From: a candidate division WOR-3 bacterium | Lineage (GTDB): Bacteria > Hydrothermota > Tepidihabitantia > Tepidihabitantales > Tepidihabitantaceae | DNA length: 64,000 bases | Direction of reading: 5' to 3' | Assembly: GCA_965649295.1 (NCBI GenBank) | Contig: CBFGKH010000001.1 | Span: 65,657-129,656, forward strand | In this document: piece by piece, positions 18,801-28,983 of the stretch | Layout of the letters: every line of letters starts with the position of its first letter | How positions within the stretch are numbered: position 1 is the stretch's first letter | Notes under the pieces: generated by a model | What the model was told of the DNA's origin: nothing | The model's database searches: none | Seen by the model: only the letters and a program-made list of their open reading frames with translations | Translations under genes and position numbers: made by a program

Positions 18801-19520
18801 TCCGAAGCCGGTAACGACGACGTTCGAGTCCAGGCCGACCGCAATGGCGGTCGCGCAGTTGTCAAACTCAGCGTAGTCCTGGAAGAACCAGGGATGGACG
18901 TCGCGCTGCCTCAGCTTGCTCTCGCGGGCCAGCGTGTCGAGGACGTAGCGCCGGGTCCAGATGGTGTCGCCAGTTGCGCAACTAATCTTGAGAATGGTGT
19001 AGGCGGAAAGGTTGCGGGTTGAGTCAAACGCAGTACCGGCAATATAGGCAACACCGCCCGGCCCCAGTGCAATGTCAAAGGCCGCGTCATCATAAGGCCA
19101 GAGCGTCTTCTTGGCCCAGACCTGGTTGCCGATAGTGTCATATTTCACCCAGGAAATGTCGGCTCCGCGTGGCAGCAGGTTGTAGGTAACGCCAGCAACA
19201 TAGACATTCCCCTCACTATCAACTGCCAGCGCATGGGCCATGTCGTCCTGACTGTAAGTGTTACCGCCATAGGACTGCGACCAGCGTAGCTGGCCGTCGA
19301 GAGTGTAGCAGGCGGTGAGCATGTTCGTCACAGTCGGCCACTGCGGCGCTTCGCCCGAACCACAGATGTAGATACGGTTGCGGCCGGCATCAACATACAT
19401 GTCGGCCGTCATGTTGAACTGGTTTTGACTCTGACCGTCATAGAGCCGAGTCCAGAGCGTATCAATGGCACCGGCCAAGGCCAGGGCCGGTAACAGAACT
19501 ACCAGGCGGAGAAATCTCAT
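15834..19520 (-). CDS. Secreted T9SS cargo protein: N-terminal SBBP-type beta-propeller, about 8 CARDB-like domains, C-terminal type-A T9SS sorting domain
   Basis: Signal peptide MRFLRLVVLLPALALAG. Repeated xxVYVAG/YIAGT/VVTGFG blades. Repeated ~110-aa units (APxGxIDSG..V.P...V.NYG.....V.F.IG). The C-terminus ...ITVFDAAGNAVRTLVSG...HQVDWNGRD...GIYYVRMVSGTFTATRKLILKH is typical of a Por_Secre_tail domain. Confidence 0.8.
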   Translation of the reverse strand: MRFLRLVVLLPALALAGAIDTLWTRLYDGQSQNQFNMTADMYVDAGRNRIYICGSGEAPQWPTVTNMLTACYTLDGQLRWSQSYGGNTYSQDDMAHALAVDSEGNVYVAGVTYNLLPRGADISWVKYDTIGNQVWAKKTLWPYDDAAFDIALGPGGVAYIAGTAFDSTRNLSAYTILKISCATGDTIWTRRYVLDTLARESKLRQRDVHPWFFQDYAEFDNCATAIAVGLDSNVVVTGFGLHRFFDLEWWTMKLRPSGDTLWRRTYRNPNTIIHDADVPFDLALAPSGDIYICGFDYNDDGIISEGYNYAVARFNSAGTLLNWRSLNIGGYDGDDYASSIALDNANPPNVYVTGMLSYDNDIICTNRFSSTLVSRWGPAGAVYGEDDAYGYKVAYQGGRVYVAGTVGDVLVTLCYTETDPVGSNKDTLWAVRYDSPDRLGGLGAAVAALDTNTVYFAGQADRSGGWTSLVLGRLSYVDRNLRADTIYAPRGSFNLGDTATPRCRVANIGTDSAFYRVFFTIGTLYRESTSLGLLRAGETAHVAFPRWTAAEFGTLVARCSVVTTGDPDPVNNIKETSVIVSYRDVGCLRIVAPRDTVPVDTVIIPQAWVRNFGSPTQVFAARFRIGAGYNVTVNNITLAPGESLLISATPWTPPGIGQYAVSCSTMLSGDLVPANDRATATVYARQTGIDVGVTRFIAPESIVNPGDRIQPQIVLRNYGSVASQPRVFLTISDGYSDVADPGVIQPGDSAVATFTNWFARDPQVLLATAWIRLEGDANPANDTLLQTVIIRYLDVAARQIEAPVGDIDSGATVTPLVQVTNYGNTSEPFVLRMIIEAWAEKTGKGLEEKTQSRDVLLYDEAVEVRLAPGRDSVVALPDWTADSVGLMYVTAWVSIDGDADPRNDTAYAECMVRPAPHDVGVSRVLQPVGTIDSGAVIQPRAVVRNYTQQPEVVPVRFIIGPYYIADTAVAVAGNDSAIVTFRQWVASPVGTHPITCFTRLLGDANPANDTARAQVTVQRVIHDVGITAIIAPTGRIDSGQQVTPVAVLRNYTSFSEGVPVTFLIGTSYRADTTHRLEPRAEDTIRFPRWTAGPVGTLPVTCYSALVGDVDPANDTAYNEVTVLPPQGLADRPAGLPGRLALESARPTPFSQRVTISFALPTPAMLEITVFDAAGNAVRTLVSGPLPAGRHQVDWNGRDWRERMLPEGIYYVRMVSGTFTATRKLILKH

Positions 19521-19677
19521 CTTACCTCCCGACGGTTAGTCTCTTCAGTGGCAGCGCCCAGCGCCAGCCCGGGTAGAGAATATCGGCTGGCATGGCTGGT
19601 GTCAATCAACCAGCCCAGGGCGTCGAGACTGCAACTGGCAGTCACACCATAACTTGACGCTTACACACCATCATCCG

Positions 19678-19705
19678 TTGACTTCAGCATAGCGGCGAGT
19701 AAACT
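19678..19705 (+). promoter_or_regulatory. Putative sigma70-type promoter (TTGACT-N16-TAAACT) for the histidine kinase gene
   Basis: The motif was read about 55 bp upstream of the ATG at 19759. The assignment rests on the sequence match only. Confidence 0.3.
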
Positions 19706-19758
19706 GACGCGGCCCGAGATGCCGGTTCGGACACCGAAGAGGAGCTTACGCTGCTCAG

Positions 19759-21219
19759 ATGATTGAACTACAAACAATCGATACTGCTGTCGGCCGCCAC
19801 GAAGTCCTGGACGAGCTTCAGGAAGGCTTCTGGGTTGCTGACAGTCAGGGTCGAATCGTCTATGCCAATCCGGCCTTGGCCCGAATCTTGGGGCTTGATA
19901 GCCCTGAGGCCCTGGTTGGCCGACCCTGGCGCGAACTGGTTCCAGAAGCCGATGTCGGCCGGCTCACCCGTTCCCGGCCCAGCGAGGGCGCGGTAACCGT
20001 CAGCACAACCCTCAACAGCAAGAGTGAACAACTCATACCCGCTTCGGTAACGGTGATGAAACGGAGTGCTGGCCGGATGCAGCTCCAGGTCGGGATCGTG
20101 ACGCCTGAGGCCGCTCCCCAGCCCCAATCTGGCATTGCCGACGCGACCTGGCGTCAGATAGTCGAAAACTCAGTTGACGGCATCGCCATCGTTGAACAGG
20201 GTAAGACCATCTTCGCCAACCACCGCCTCGAAGAGCTTGCCGGCTATACTGTCTCGCAGATTCAGCACCTTGGCCTCGAACGGTTGATTGCTGCCCGCGA
20301 CCGACGCGCCGTTGGCGAAATCATCAACCAGCCAGCTCGCCTTCTGACACCGGTTCACTACGAAGTCCGAATAGTCCATCGCTCCGGCAATGAGCTGGAG
20401 TGTGAGATGCGCGTTGTCCCGATCCAGACCAAAGGCCAGCAACCAGCCATCCTGGTCTTTGTCCGCGACGTCTCTCAGCTCAAGCAGGCCGAACGGTCGC
20501 GCAATGAGGTCGTGGCAATGCTCTCGCATGACCTGCGTACGCCGCTGGCTGCGATCAAGGAAGCAATGTCGCTCTTGGCTGAGACCGCGGCCACTCGCCT
20601 CGAAGACCGACAGCGCCGCTACCTGATTATCGCCCGCGAGGAGATTGACCGACTCAATCGGATGATTGACAATCTGGTCGAGGCGACGCGGATGGAGTCG
20701 GGCAAGGTCGTGCTGCGGCTCGACGCCGTTGATATAGCTGCTCTGCTCTCCAGTGCCATCGAGAGCCTCTCGCTGCTCATCAACAAACGCAACCTAACGA
20801 TCGAACGCAGCATCCCCGCCCGCCTGCCGCCGGTCCTCGGCGACCGCGACCGGCTGCTGCGCGTCCTGAACAATCTTGTTGATAACGCCATCAAGTACTC
20901 ACCGGTCGGCGGCACGATTCGGATTGATATCGAGTTTGTCGACCCGAATGACCCGTTGCTCGTCGGCCCCGGAATTCTCCCCAACACCGGCTACATCAAA
21001 CTGACAATCAGTGACGAAGGTCCAGGCATCCCGGCGGAGTTCCTGGACCGCATCTTCGGCAAGTTCGAACGTGTTGACCCCCACGGCCCGGGCATCGGAC
21101 TGGGTCTGGCAATAGTCAAATCAATCATCGAAATGCACCACGGCAAAGTCTGGGCCCAGTCCAAGCTCGGTGAAGGTGCCCGTTTCAGCTTTATTCTACC
21201 CATCAAGGAGGCTAACTAG
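19759..21219 (+). CDS. PAS-domain sensor histidine kinase
   Basis: Two PAS-like segments followed by an HisKA H-box (VAMLSHDLRTPLAAIKEAMSLL) and an HATPase_c region (NLVDNAIKYSPVGG...DEGPGIP...GLGLAI). Confidence 0.85.
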   Translation: MIELQTIDTAVGRHEVLDELQEGFWVADSQGRIVYANPALARILGLDSPEALVGRPWRELVPEADVGRLTRSRPSEGAVTVSTTLNSKSEQLIPASVTVMKRSAGRMQLQVGIVTPEAAPQPQSGIADATWRQIVENSVDGIAIVEQGKTIFANHRLEELAGYTVSQIQHLGLERLIAARDRRAVGEIINQPARLLTPVHYEVRIVHRSGNELECEMRVVPIQTKGQQPAILVFVRDVSQLKQAERSRNEVVAMLSHDLRTPLAAIKEAMSLLAETAATRLEDRQRRYLIIAREEIDRLNRMIDNLVEATRMESGKVVLRLDAVDIAALLSSAIESLSLLINKRNLTIERSIPARLPPVLGDRDRLLRVLNNLVDNAIKYSPVGGTIRIDIEFVDPNDPLLVGPGILPNTGYIKLTISDEGPGIPAEFLDRIFGKFERVDPHGPGIGLGLAIVKSIIEMHHGKVWAQSKLGEGARFSFILPIKEAN

Positions 21220-21222
21220 GCC

Positions 21223-21639
21223 ATGCCCCGCATCCTGCTGGTTGAAGACGAAGACAACCTCCGTGAGCTGGTCAGTGCCCGACTCGAACAGCACGGCTAC
21301 GAAGTGGCTACTGCTGTTGACGGCTACCAGGCAGTCTCGAAGGCCCGCGCCTTCAATCCCGACCTCATTATTCTCGACCTGATGATACCCAAAATGGACG
21401 GCTACACGGTCTGCCGCCTGCTCAAGTCCGGCACGATGGCTGAGACACCGATAATCCTCTTCTCGGCCCGCTCCAATCCCGACGACGTCCGCCGCGGGAT
21501 CGAGATGGGCGCCAATGCTTTTGTCTCCAAGCCGTTCGAGGCAAGCCAGCTCATCAGTAAGATTGAAGAACTACTGGCCGCCAAGAACGCGCCGCCGCAG
21601 TCCTCGGCTGCGCCAACGGCTCAGCAGGCGCCAGCGTAA
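21223..21639 (+). CDS. Response regulator, receiver domain only (CheY-like)
   Basis: ILLVEDEDNLRE...DLIILDLMIPKMDG...KP motifs. There is no output domain. Starts 4 bp after the kinase stop. Confidence 0.85.
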   Translation: MPRILLVEDEDNLRELVSARLEQHGYEVATAVDGYQAVSKARAFNPDLIILDLMIPKMDGYTVCRLLKSGTMAETPIILFSARSNPDDVRRGIEMGANAFVSKPFEASQLISKIEELLAAKNAPPQSSAAPTAQQAPA

Positions 21640-21649
21640 CCACCACCTG

Positions 21650-22483
21650 ATGCGGCCGAGCCGCACGACAACCCAGCGACTCATCCGCCTGGCTCTTGCC
21701 GAAGACCTGGGTGCTGGCGACATCACCTCTCGCCTAACAGTCCCAGCCAGCCAGCAGGCCCGCGCCGTTATCGTCGCTCGCACCGCCGGCGTCCTTGCCG
21801 GTATCAACGTCTGCCGCGACGTCTTTCGGGCCGTTGACCGTCACATTCGCTTCACCCCCCTGCTGCGTGACGGCCAGCACTTTTCTGATGGCGACACTAT
21901 TGCCCGTGTATCCGGCAAAGCCCGCTCCTTGCTCGCGGCTGAACGCACCGCGCTCAATTTTCTTCAACACCTCTCGGGCATCGCCACTCTCACCAGTCGC
22001 TTTGTCGCCGCCGTCAACGGCACCAAAGCGCGAATCCTCGATACCCGCAAGACCATTCCCGGCTGGCGCGAATTGGCAAAATACGCAGTTCGCTGCGGCG
22101 GCGGCACCAATCACCGTCGCGGCCTCGACGATATGATTCTCATCAAGGACAATCACATCGCCGCTGCCGGCTCGATTACCGCTGCCTTGGCTCGCTGTCA
22201 GGGCACCAGCCTGCCGATTGAAGTCGAAGCCCAGAACCTGGCTCAGGTCCGTGAAGCCCTGGCTGCTGGGGCGACACGTATCCTGCTTGACAACATGACT
22301 CTTGCCCAGTTACGTCGGGCAGTGGAGCTAGTTCGCGGCCAGGCCCAACTCGAAGCCTCAGGAGGCATCAACCTGAAACGGGTTCGGCTCGTGGCCCAGA
22401 CCGGTGTTGACTTTATCTCGGTCGGCGCCATCACCCACTCAGCGCCGGCCGCTGACATCGCGCTAGACTTCCTTCGCGAATAG
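21650..22483 (+). CDS. nadC: Nicotinate-nucleotide pyrophosphorylase (carboxylating), NadC
   Basis: LIRLALAEDLGAGDITS ... DNMTLAQLRRAVELV ... GGINL match QPRTase. The start was reassigned to the internal ATG at 21650, directly after the response-regulator stop; the longest ORF (21515) overlaps the regulator and is implausible. Confidence 0.85.
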   Translation: MRPSRTTTQRLIRLALAEDLGAGDITSRLTVPASQQARAVIVARTAGVLAGINVCRDVFRAVDRHIRFTPLLRDGQHFSDGDTIARVSGKARSLLAAERTALNFLQHLSGIATLTSRFVAAVNGTKARILDTRKTIPGWRELAKYAVRCGGGTNHRRGLDDMILIKDNHIAAAGSITAALARCQGTSLPIEVEAQNLAQVREALAAGATRILLDNMTLAQLRRAVELVRGQAQLEASGGINLKRVRLVAQTGVDFISVGAITHSAPAADIALDFLRE

Positions 22484-23529
22484 CTTGCCCGGCAGTTGCC
22501 GTACAAGCCCCTTCAGTTCGAGCTGAAGTAACAATGATAGCAGTTCCGACACCGGCAGACCAAGACCGTCGCATAGCTCGTCAATGTGCTTCGGCTCGGT
22601 CGACAGAAACTCCAAGAGCGGCTGCTCGTCGGCTTCAACCGGCACCAACTTGCGCTCCTCCTGCCGGGCCACGACACCCAGGTCGGCAAGAATCTGCTCC
22701 ACTGTTGTCAGCAACCGGGCACCCTGCTGAATCAGCCGATTGGTACCAACACTCTGAGGACTGGTTATGTTACCCGGTACCGCGTAAACTATCCGGCCCT
22801 GTTCCTCCGCCCAAGCAATCGTATTCAGGACGCCCGACTTCTCGCCTGCCTCGACCGCCACTACCACCAGTGCCAAACCGGAGACAATCCGGTTCCGTTT
22901 AGGGAAATTCATCGGCATTGGGCCGACGCCAAATGAAAACTCACTCAGCACTGCTCCATGCTCCGCAATCTCATCACAGAGCCTGCGGTTCTCGGGCGGA
23001 TAGTAAACATCAAGTCCACAACCGAGCACGGCAATAGTTCGGCCACCCGCGGCCAGGGCACCGCGGTGAGCGTGAGTATCGGCGCCGCGAGCAAGACCGC
23101 TCACAACTGTCACTCCGTTAGCGGCCAGCTCACGACCGATCCGCTCAGCCACCACCCGACCGTAGTGAGTTGGATAGCGCGTCCCCACCACCGCCACTGT
23201 CTGGCGGTCAGCTTCAATGAGCTCGCCCCGCACAAAAAGGACCGGCGGCATGTGCGCCAGCTCGCGCAGATTATGCGGATAGTCGGCGTCAGTGAACGCA
23301 AGTGTCGCACAACCCTGTGCTCGTTCGATCAATCGACTTGTCGCCTCACTCCGCTGGTAGCCAAGGATTGCGTCAGCCAGTTGCTCATCAATTCCGCGTA
23401 CCTGTAGCAACTCTGTTCGCTCGGCTCCGAAGATTCGTTCCGGACTTCCCAACTGTGCCAGCAGGTTCTTCAGCCTGGTCTCGTTCATCCGCGGCACCGC
23501 GTAGAGGTCTATGTAGAGCTCGTTCAACA

Positions 23530-23530
<1 letters not shown>
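22463..23530 (-). CDS. dprA: DNA-processing protein DprA (Smf)
   Basis: Rossmann-like core VVSGLARGADTHAHRGALAAGGRTIAVLGCGLDVYYP, preceded by a SAM-like N-domain and followed by a winged-helix-like C-terminal extension. Confidence 0.85.
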
Positions 23531-24498
<968 letters not shown>

Positions 24499-24999
24499 CT
24501 AGCGTCGCTTTGACTTCAGCTTGCGGCGCAGTGCCTTACCAACGACCTCCGGGACAAAACAGCCCAATTCGCCACCCTTGCTCGCCAGCTCCCGCACGAG
24601 CGAAGAACTAAGGTAGAAGTACTTCTCCGACGGTAAGAAGAAAACCGTCTCCACTGTCGGCGCGAGTTTGCGATTGGTCAGCGCCATCTGAAACTCGTAG
24701 TCAAAGTCCATCACTGCCCGCATCCCCCGGATGATTGCCCGCGCTCCGACCTGCTGCACGAAATGAACAAGCAGGCAGTCGAACCCTTGAACCTCAACTC
24801 CGGCCAGATTACTGCAGACCTGCTGTGCCAGCTCAATTCGCTCACTCCAGGAGAAGAGTGGATGTTTCTCTTCACGTCGTGCCACGGCAACGATTACTCG
24901 ATCAAACAGATTCGCTGCTCGGCTGACAACATCCAGATGGCCATTTGTCACCGGGTCAAAACTACCCGGATAGACCGCAATTCGTTCCAGCTTCTTCAT
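24499..24999 (-). CDS. coaD: Phosphopantetheine adenylyltransferase (CoaD)
   Basis: AVYPGSFDPVTNGHLDVVSRA (T/HxGH nucleotidyltransferase motif) in a 166-aa protein. Confidence 0.9.
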   Translation of the reverse strand: MKKLERIAVYPGSFDPVTNGHLDVVSRAANLFDRVIVAVARREEKHPLFSWSERIELAQQVCSNLAGVEVQGFDCLLVHFVQQVGARAIIRGMRAVMDFDYEFQMALTNRKLAPTVETVFFLPSEKYFYLSSSLVRELASKGGELGCFVPEVVGKALRRKLKSKRR

Positions 25000-25574
25000 G
25001 TTGCCTCTTTGTCATTGACTTGTTCTTTCGGCACTTGCCGACTGCCATTCATCATCACCGTCAGGTGGGTCTCCCCATACTTCCCGTGCTTCAGGAGCAG
25101 CCAACTTGCGGGCATAGCGACAGTCTCATCCTTACGATGCTCCGCCACAAACACGCCGCCGGTCGCAAGCAGACCAAGCTCGGCCACCTGGCTGACTGTT
25201 GCCTGAATCAACCCCTTGCCGTAGGGTGGGTCGGCGATAACGATGTCAAACTCGGAACCGACCAGCTTTGGCAGCACCTTGAAAACATCACCGCGAATCA
25301 GCCGTGCATTCTCTAACCCGGCAAGGTTCTGGTTCAGATAGCGCAGCACCGGCCCTGCCTGTTCAACAAAAACCGCCAACTCAGCTCCACGAGATAATGC
25401 CTCAATACCAAGACTGCCTGCGCCACAGAATAGGTCAAGCACCCGGGCCTGCTCAACACGTTGACCGATGATATTGAAAATGGCCTGACGGGTGACTTCC
25501 TTGGTGGGCCGCAGCCCTGAACGCGGATAGGCAAGTGTCATACCCTTGTACTTACCAGCACTGACACGCACCAA
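24996..25574 (-). CDS. rsmD: 16S rRNA (guanine966-N2)-methyltransferase RsmD
   Basis: VLDLFCGAGSLGIEALSRGA (SAM motif I) and the DPPY catalytic motif. Overlaps coaD by 4 nt. Confidence 0.85.
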   Translation of the reverse strand: MVRVSAGKYKGMTLAYPRSGLRPTKEVTRQAIFNIIGQRVEQARVLDLFCGAGSLGIEALSRGAELAVFVEQAGPVLRYLNQNLAGLENARLIRGDVFKVLPKLVGSEFDIVIADPPYGKGLIQATVSQVAELGLLATGGVFVAEHRKDETVAMPASWLLLKHGKYGETHLTVMMNGSRQVPKEQVNDKEAT

Positions 25575-25754
25575 AGCACTATATACTTGACCCTAGTTCT
25601 GTCAAACCACCCACCGTTCCGCTGTCCCTATTCGTGACAGGAATACGACTTGACGCCAGTCGAAGCGGTAGTATCATCGGCCAGGGAACCGCGATGAACC
25701 ACCCTCAGCACTATCCCTGCAACACCCGCACTATCAGCATTGTAGCCTGACCCC

Positions 25755-26480
25755 ATGCCCTTGCCGCCCCAGTCTGAAACCACTCCAGTGCTCCCCGACC
25801 GAACCGACGCCCGGTTCTTCCCGTTTGTCGGCACTGGATTCTGGAAGTGGGTTCCTTCAACCTGGGTCAGGGGCGGAACCACGGTCGTAACCGAACAAGG
25901 CGAGTTCTGGCGCTTGCTCACCGGCAGCCACGACGGTTGGTGGGCCGAACCGGTCAAACCGACTGATGTCGGCGACGAACGTCATCGCGCGCGCATCAAC
26001 GCTGCAATCATCGCCTTCGAGGCCGAAGCGCTTGACGCCGCGGCCCGGCCTAGACTCGAGGCATTACGTGAAGAGCTGATCCGGCTCTGCAACCCCCACA
26101 TCAAGGACCGACCAGAGCCAGCCGCAATGACCGACGCTTGGTGGGCCAAAGGCTGGATTGCTGGCCTCGCCTTTGGCATCTTCATCATCTCTCTTGCCAA
26201 TGCGGTACGAACCCTGGCCAAGGTTGATCCCGAACCACGCCGCGAGGCCTATCGGCTCCTTTCGATAATGTACGCCCTGGCCGCGCTGGTCATTTTTCTC
26301 GTGGTTTTCATCCCCTACTTGTACATCCGCTATCCGTACAAGATGGGCCGGTTCGCTGCCGTCTTCGGCCGTCGGTTTGGCAATGTCGTCGGCATCATCG
26401 GCCTGTCGCTCCTCGGTCTGATTGGAGTCATCATCGGTTGGCTCATCATCATGTTCGGATCGGCTTCAGCCGGCTCCTAG
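25755..26480 (+). CDS. Hypothetical membrane protein (3 C-terminal TM helices, no recognisable domain)
   Basis: An ORF with the typical compositional codon bias, divergent from rsmD. The start is uncertain. I recognised no family. Confidence 0.4.
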   Translation: MPLPPQSETTPVLPDRTDARFFPFVGTGFWKWVPSTWVRGGTTVVTEQGEFWRLLTGSHDGWWAEPVKPTDVGDERHRARINAAIIAFEAEALDAAARPRLEALREELIRLCNPHIKDRPEPAAMTDAWWAKGWIAGLAFGIFIISLANAVRTLAKVDPEPRREAYRLLSIMYALAALVIFLVVFIPYLYIRYPYKMGRFAAVFGRRFGNVVGIIGLSLLGLIGVIIGWLIIMFGSASAGS

Positions 26481-26535
26481 CCAACCGGCACAAACACGGC
26501 AATATCAACCGCCACGCCCGCGCACTGAATACCAG

Positions 26536-26967
26536 TCAGTGTAGCGGTGCCGACAGCAATTCAGGCAGATTCAGCGGTCCAAGCTGACGGATGCGCTCGG
26601 TAAAGCTAGTGACGGCATCGGCAAACCGCTGGCCTTCGGATGCCGACACCCATTGCAGTTCCAGTCGCTCCTTCTCAATGCCGAGTCCTTCAAGCAGACT
26701 CTGCAACAGGATGATCCGCTTCTGGGCCTTGTAGTTGCCAGAAACATAGTGACAGTCGCCCGGATGACAACCACCGACAAAAACACCGTCTGCGCCATCA
26801 CGGAAGGCCCGCAGAATGAATTCCGGTTCAATACGGCCCGAACACATCACCCGAATGAGACGCAGGTTGGCAGGATACTGCAGCCGTGATGTGCCGGCCA
26901 GATCCGCGCCGGCATAGCAGCACCAGTTACAGGCGAATCCGACAATCTTCGGGTTGAACTCTGCCAC
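26536..26967 (-). CDS. mvhD: MvhD/FlpD-type hydrogenase iron-sulfur (2Fe-2S) subunit
   Basis: KIVGFACNWCCYAGADLAG...VMCSGRIEP...GVFVGGCHPGDCHY, the MvhD/FlpD cysteine pattern. Starts 1 bp after the hdrA stop. Confidence 0.75.
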   Translation of the reverse strand: MAEFNPKIVGFACNWCCYAGADLAGTSRLQYPANLRLIRVMCSGRIEPEFILRAFRDGADGVFVGGCHPGDCHYVSGNYKAQKRIILLQSLLEGLGIEKERLELQWVSASEGQRFADAVTSFTERIRQLGPLNLPELLSAPLH

Positions 26968-28983
26968 CTAGACCTCCTTGCCAACTGGCTCTACGCTGTC
27001 ATTGCCCGACCAAGCACCCAACAGCGCGTCAAGCTGCGCATCAATCTGCCGGTTCGTGAAATGCCGCATGGTAATTGCACCAGAGGGACAGGCCGATGGG
27101 CAAACCCCACAGCCTTTACAGAGGATCTGGTTCACTGTCATCACTCCCTGCTGCGCATCATAGCTCAAGGCTGAATATGGACAGAGCGCTTCGCAAATGT
27201 GACAGGCCGAGCAGGCCTCAGCGCTAATCTCTGCCACGACCGGTTCAATCTTCACCTTGCCCTTATTGAGTAGGGCAATTGCCGACGAGGCCGCCGCCTT
27301 GGCCTGCGCCACGGTATCAGGAATATCCTTGGGCCCCTGACAGCAGCCGGCCAAAAACACTCCCTCAATGTTCGTATCCACCGGCCGAAGCTTCGGATGC
27401 GCCTCCATGAAGAAGCGGTCAGACGAGAGCGAGAGCTTCAGCGTCTGGCCGAGTTCACGAAATCCCTCACTTGGCACTAGACCAACTCCTAACACCACCA
27501 TGTCGGTCTCGTGCTCGATGACCTTGCCGAGCAGGGTATCGTCCACCCGCACGACCAACCTTCCTTTGCGCCGGAAGATCTCGGATGGCTTGCCACGACG
27601 AAATACCACACCTTCATCACGCACCCGGTCATAGAACTCTTCAAACCCCTTGCCGTAGGCACGGATATCCATGTAGTAGCTCGTAATCTTGCAGTCCGGC
27701 AGTTTGTCGTGCAGCAGATGAGCCTGCTTGATGATGAACATACAGCAGACCCGCGAGCAGTACTCATTGCCCACCGCCTTGTCGCGCGAACCAACGCAGT
27801 GGATGAAAACAACATCTTTGGGCTCGTCGCCATCGGACAGCTTGACGATGCGGCCGCTGGTCGGGCCGCCGGCTGACGACAGTCGCTCAAACTCAAGACT
27901 GGTCAGTACGTCCGCATACTTGCCATAGCCAAACTCCGGCAGGGTCGTCGCATCAAACACATCCATGCCGGTTGCGAGCACGATGGCGCCAACATCAATT
28001 ACCCGATCCACCGGCTGTTGATCGAAGTCAATGCAGTGTTTCTCGCAAGCCTGAATACACTTCCCACAGGCCAGCGGCAGCGAACCAAGACACTGTTTCT
28101 CATTGCGACAGAATGCCGCCGGTACCGCCTGAGCAAACGGCTGGTAGATGGCTGTCCTGGTCGAAAGACCGAGATTGAACTCATCCGGAAACCGCTGCGG
28201 ACAAACCTTAGCACAGTCACCACAGGCAGTGCACTGGCTGGCATCCACAAACCGCGGCTGCTGATGGACAGTCACCTTGAAGTTACCAACAAATCCGGCA
28301 ACATTCTTGACGGTCGCCAGCGTTAGTAGCTCAATATTTGGATGGCGCGCCGCGTCAACCATCTTTGGCGTCAGGATGCAGGCCGAGCAGTCAAGCGTCG
28401 GGAACGTCTTGTCGAGCTGGGCCATATGGCCGCCAATTGATGGCTCCTTCTCGACGAGATAGACTTTGTACCCAGCCTCGGCGATATCAAGCGCCGCCTG
28501 AATCCCGGCCACACCGCCGCCAACAACCATCACCGCTTTGGTCACATCGGCGAACCGGTCTTCGAGCGGCTCCAGCAGCGCGGCCCGGGCCACTGCCGCC
28601 CGCACCAAGTCCTTTGCCTTGGCCGTGCCTTCGGCTTTGTCCGGGTGGACCCACGAGCACTGCTCGCGAATGTTGCACATCTCGAACAGGTAAGGATTGA
28701 CGCCGACGCCAAAGACAGCACCCCGAAATGTCGGCTCGTGCATTCGCGGCGAGCAGGCTGCTACCACTACCCGTGTCAACCCTAACTCCTTGATGTCCTT
28801 CTTGATTAGGTCCTGGCCCGGGTCCGAACACATGTAGAGGTAGTTGCGGGCAACTGTCACATTCGGCAGCGTCTTGGCATACGCGACAACCGCTTCAACA
28901 TCAACGGTGGCAGCGATGTTAACACCGCAATGACAGACATAGACACCGATTCTGGCCGGCGACTGCTTGGACTTGGCTATCAC
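26968..28983 (-). CDS. hdrA: HdrA-like FAD- and FeS-containing heterodisulfide-reductase subunit A homologue
   Basis: FAD motif VVGGGVAGIQAALDIAEAGYKVYLVEKEPSIGGHM, several CxxCxxCxxxCP ferredoxin motifs and an N-terminal Cys cluster, in 671 aa. Overlaps the etfA stop by 4 nt. Confidence 0.8.
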   Translation of the reverse strand: MIAKSKQSPARIGVYVCHCGVNIAATVDVEAVVAYAKTLPNVTVARNYLYMCSDPGQDLIKKDIKELGLTRVVVAACSPRMHEPTFRGAVFGVGVNPYLFEMCNIREQCSWVHPDKAEGTAKAKDLVRAAVARAALLEPLEDRFADVTKAVMVVGGGVAGIQAALDIAEAGYKVYLVEKEPSIGGHMAQLDKTFPTLDCSACILTPKMVDAARHPNIELLTLATVKNVAGFVGNFKVTVHQQPRFVDASQCTACGDCAKVCPQRFPDEFNLGLSTRTAIYQPFAQAVPAAFCRNEKQCLGSLPLACGKCIQACEKHCIDFDQQPVDRVIDVGAIVLATGMDVFDATTLPEFGYGKYADVLTSLEFERLSSAGGPTSGRIVKLSDGDEPKDVVFIHCVGSRDKAVGNEYCSRVCCMFIIKQAHLLHDKLPDCKITSYYMDIRAYGKGFEEFYDRVRDEGVVFRRGKPSEIFRRKGRLVVRVDDTLLGKVIEHETDMVVLGVGLVPSEGFRELGQTLKLSLSSDRFFMEAHPKLRPVDTNIEGVFLAGCCQGPKDIPDTVAQAKAAASSAIALLNKGKVKIEPVVAEISAEACSACHICEALCPYSALSYDAQQGVMTVNQILCKGCGVCPSACPSGAITMRHFTNRQIDAQLDALLGAWSGNDSVEPVGKEV

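Noticed and set aside
21515-21649. N-terminal 45-codon extension of nadC overlapping the response-regulator gene
   Set aside because: The extension is Arg/Ser-rich junk in an alternative frame of the regulator's C-terminus. An ATG immediately after the regulator stop gives a canonical NadC N-terminus.
25575-25754. Minus-strand ORF 25628-25957 in the rsmD upstream region
   Set aside because: It overlaps the more plausible + strand membrane-protein ORF, has no RBS, and lacks the typical composition. It is more likely a divergent promoter region.
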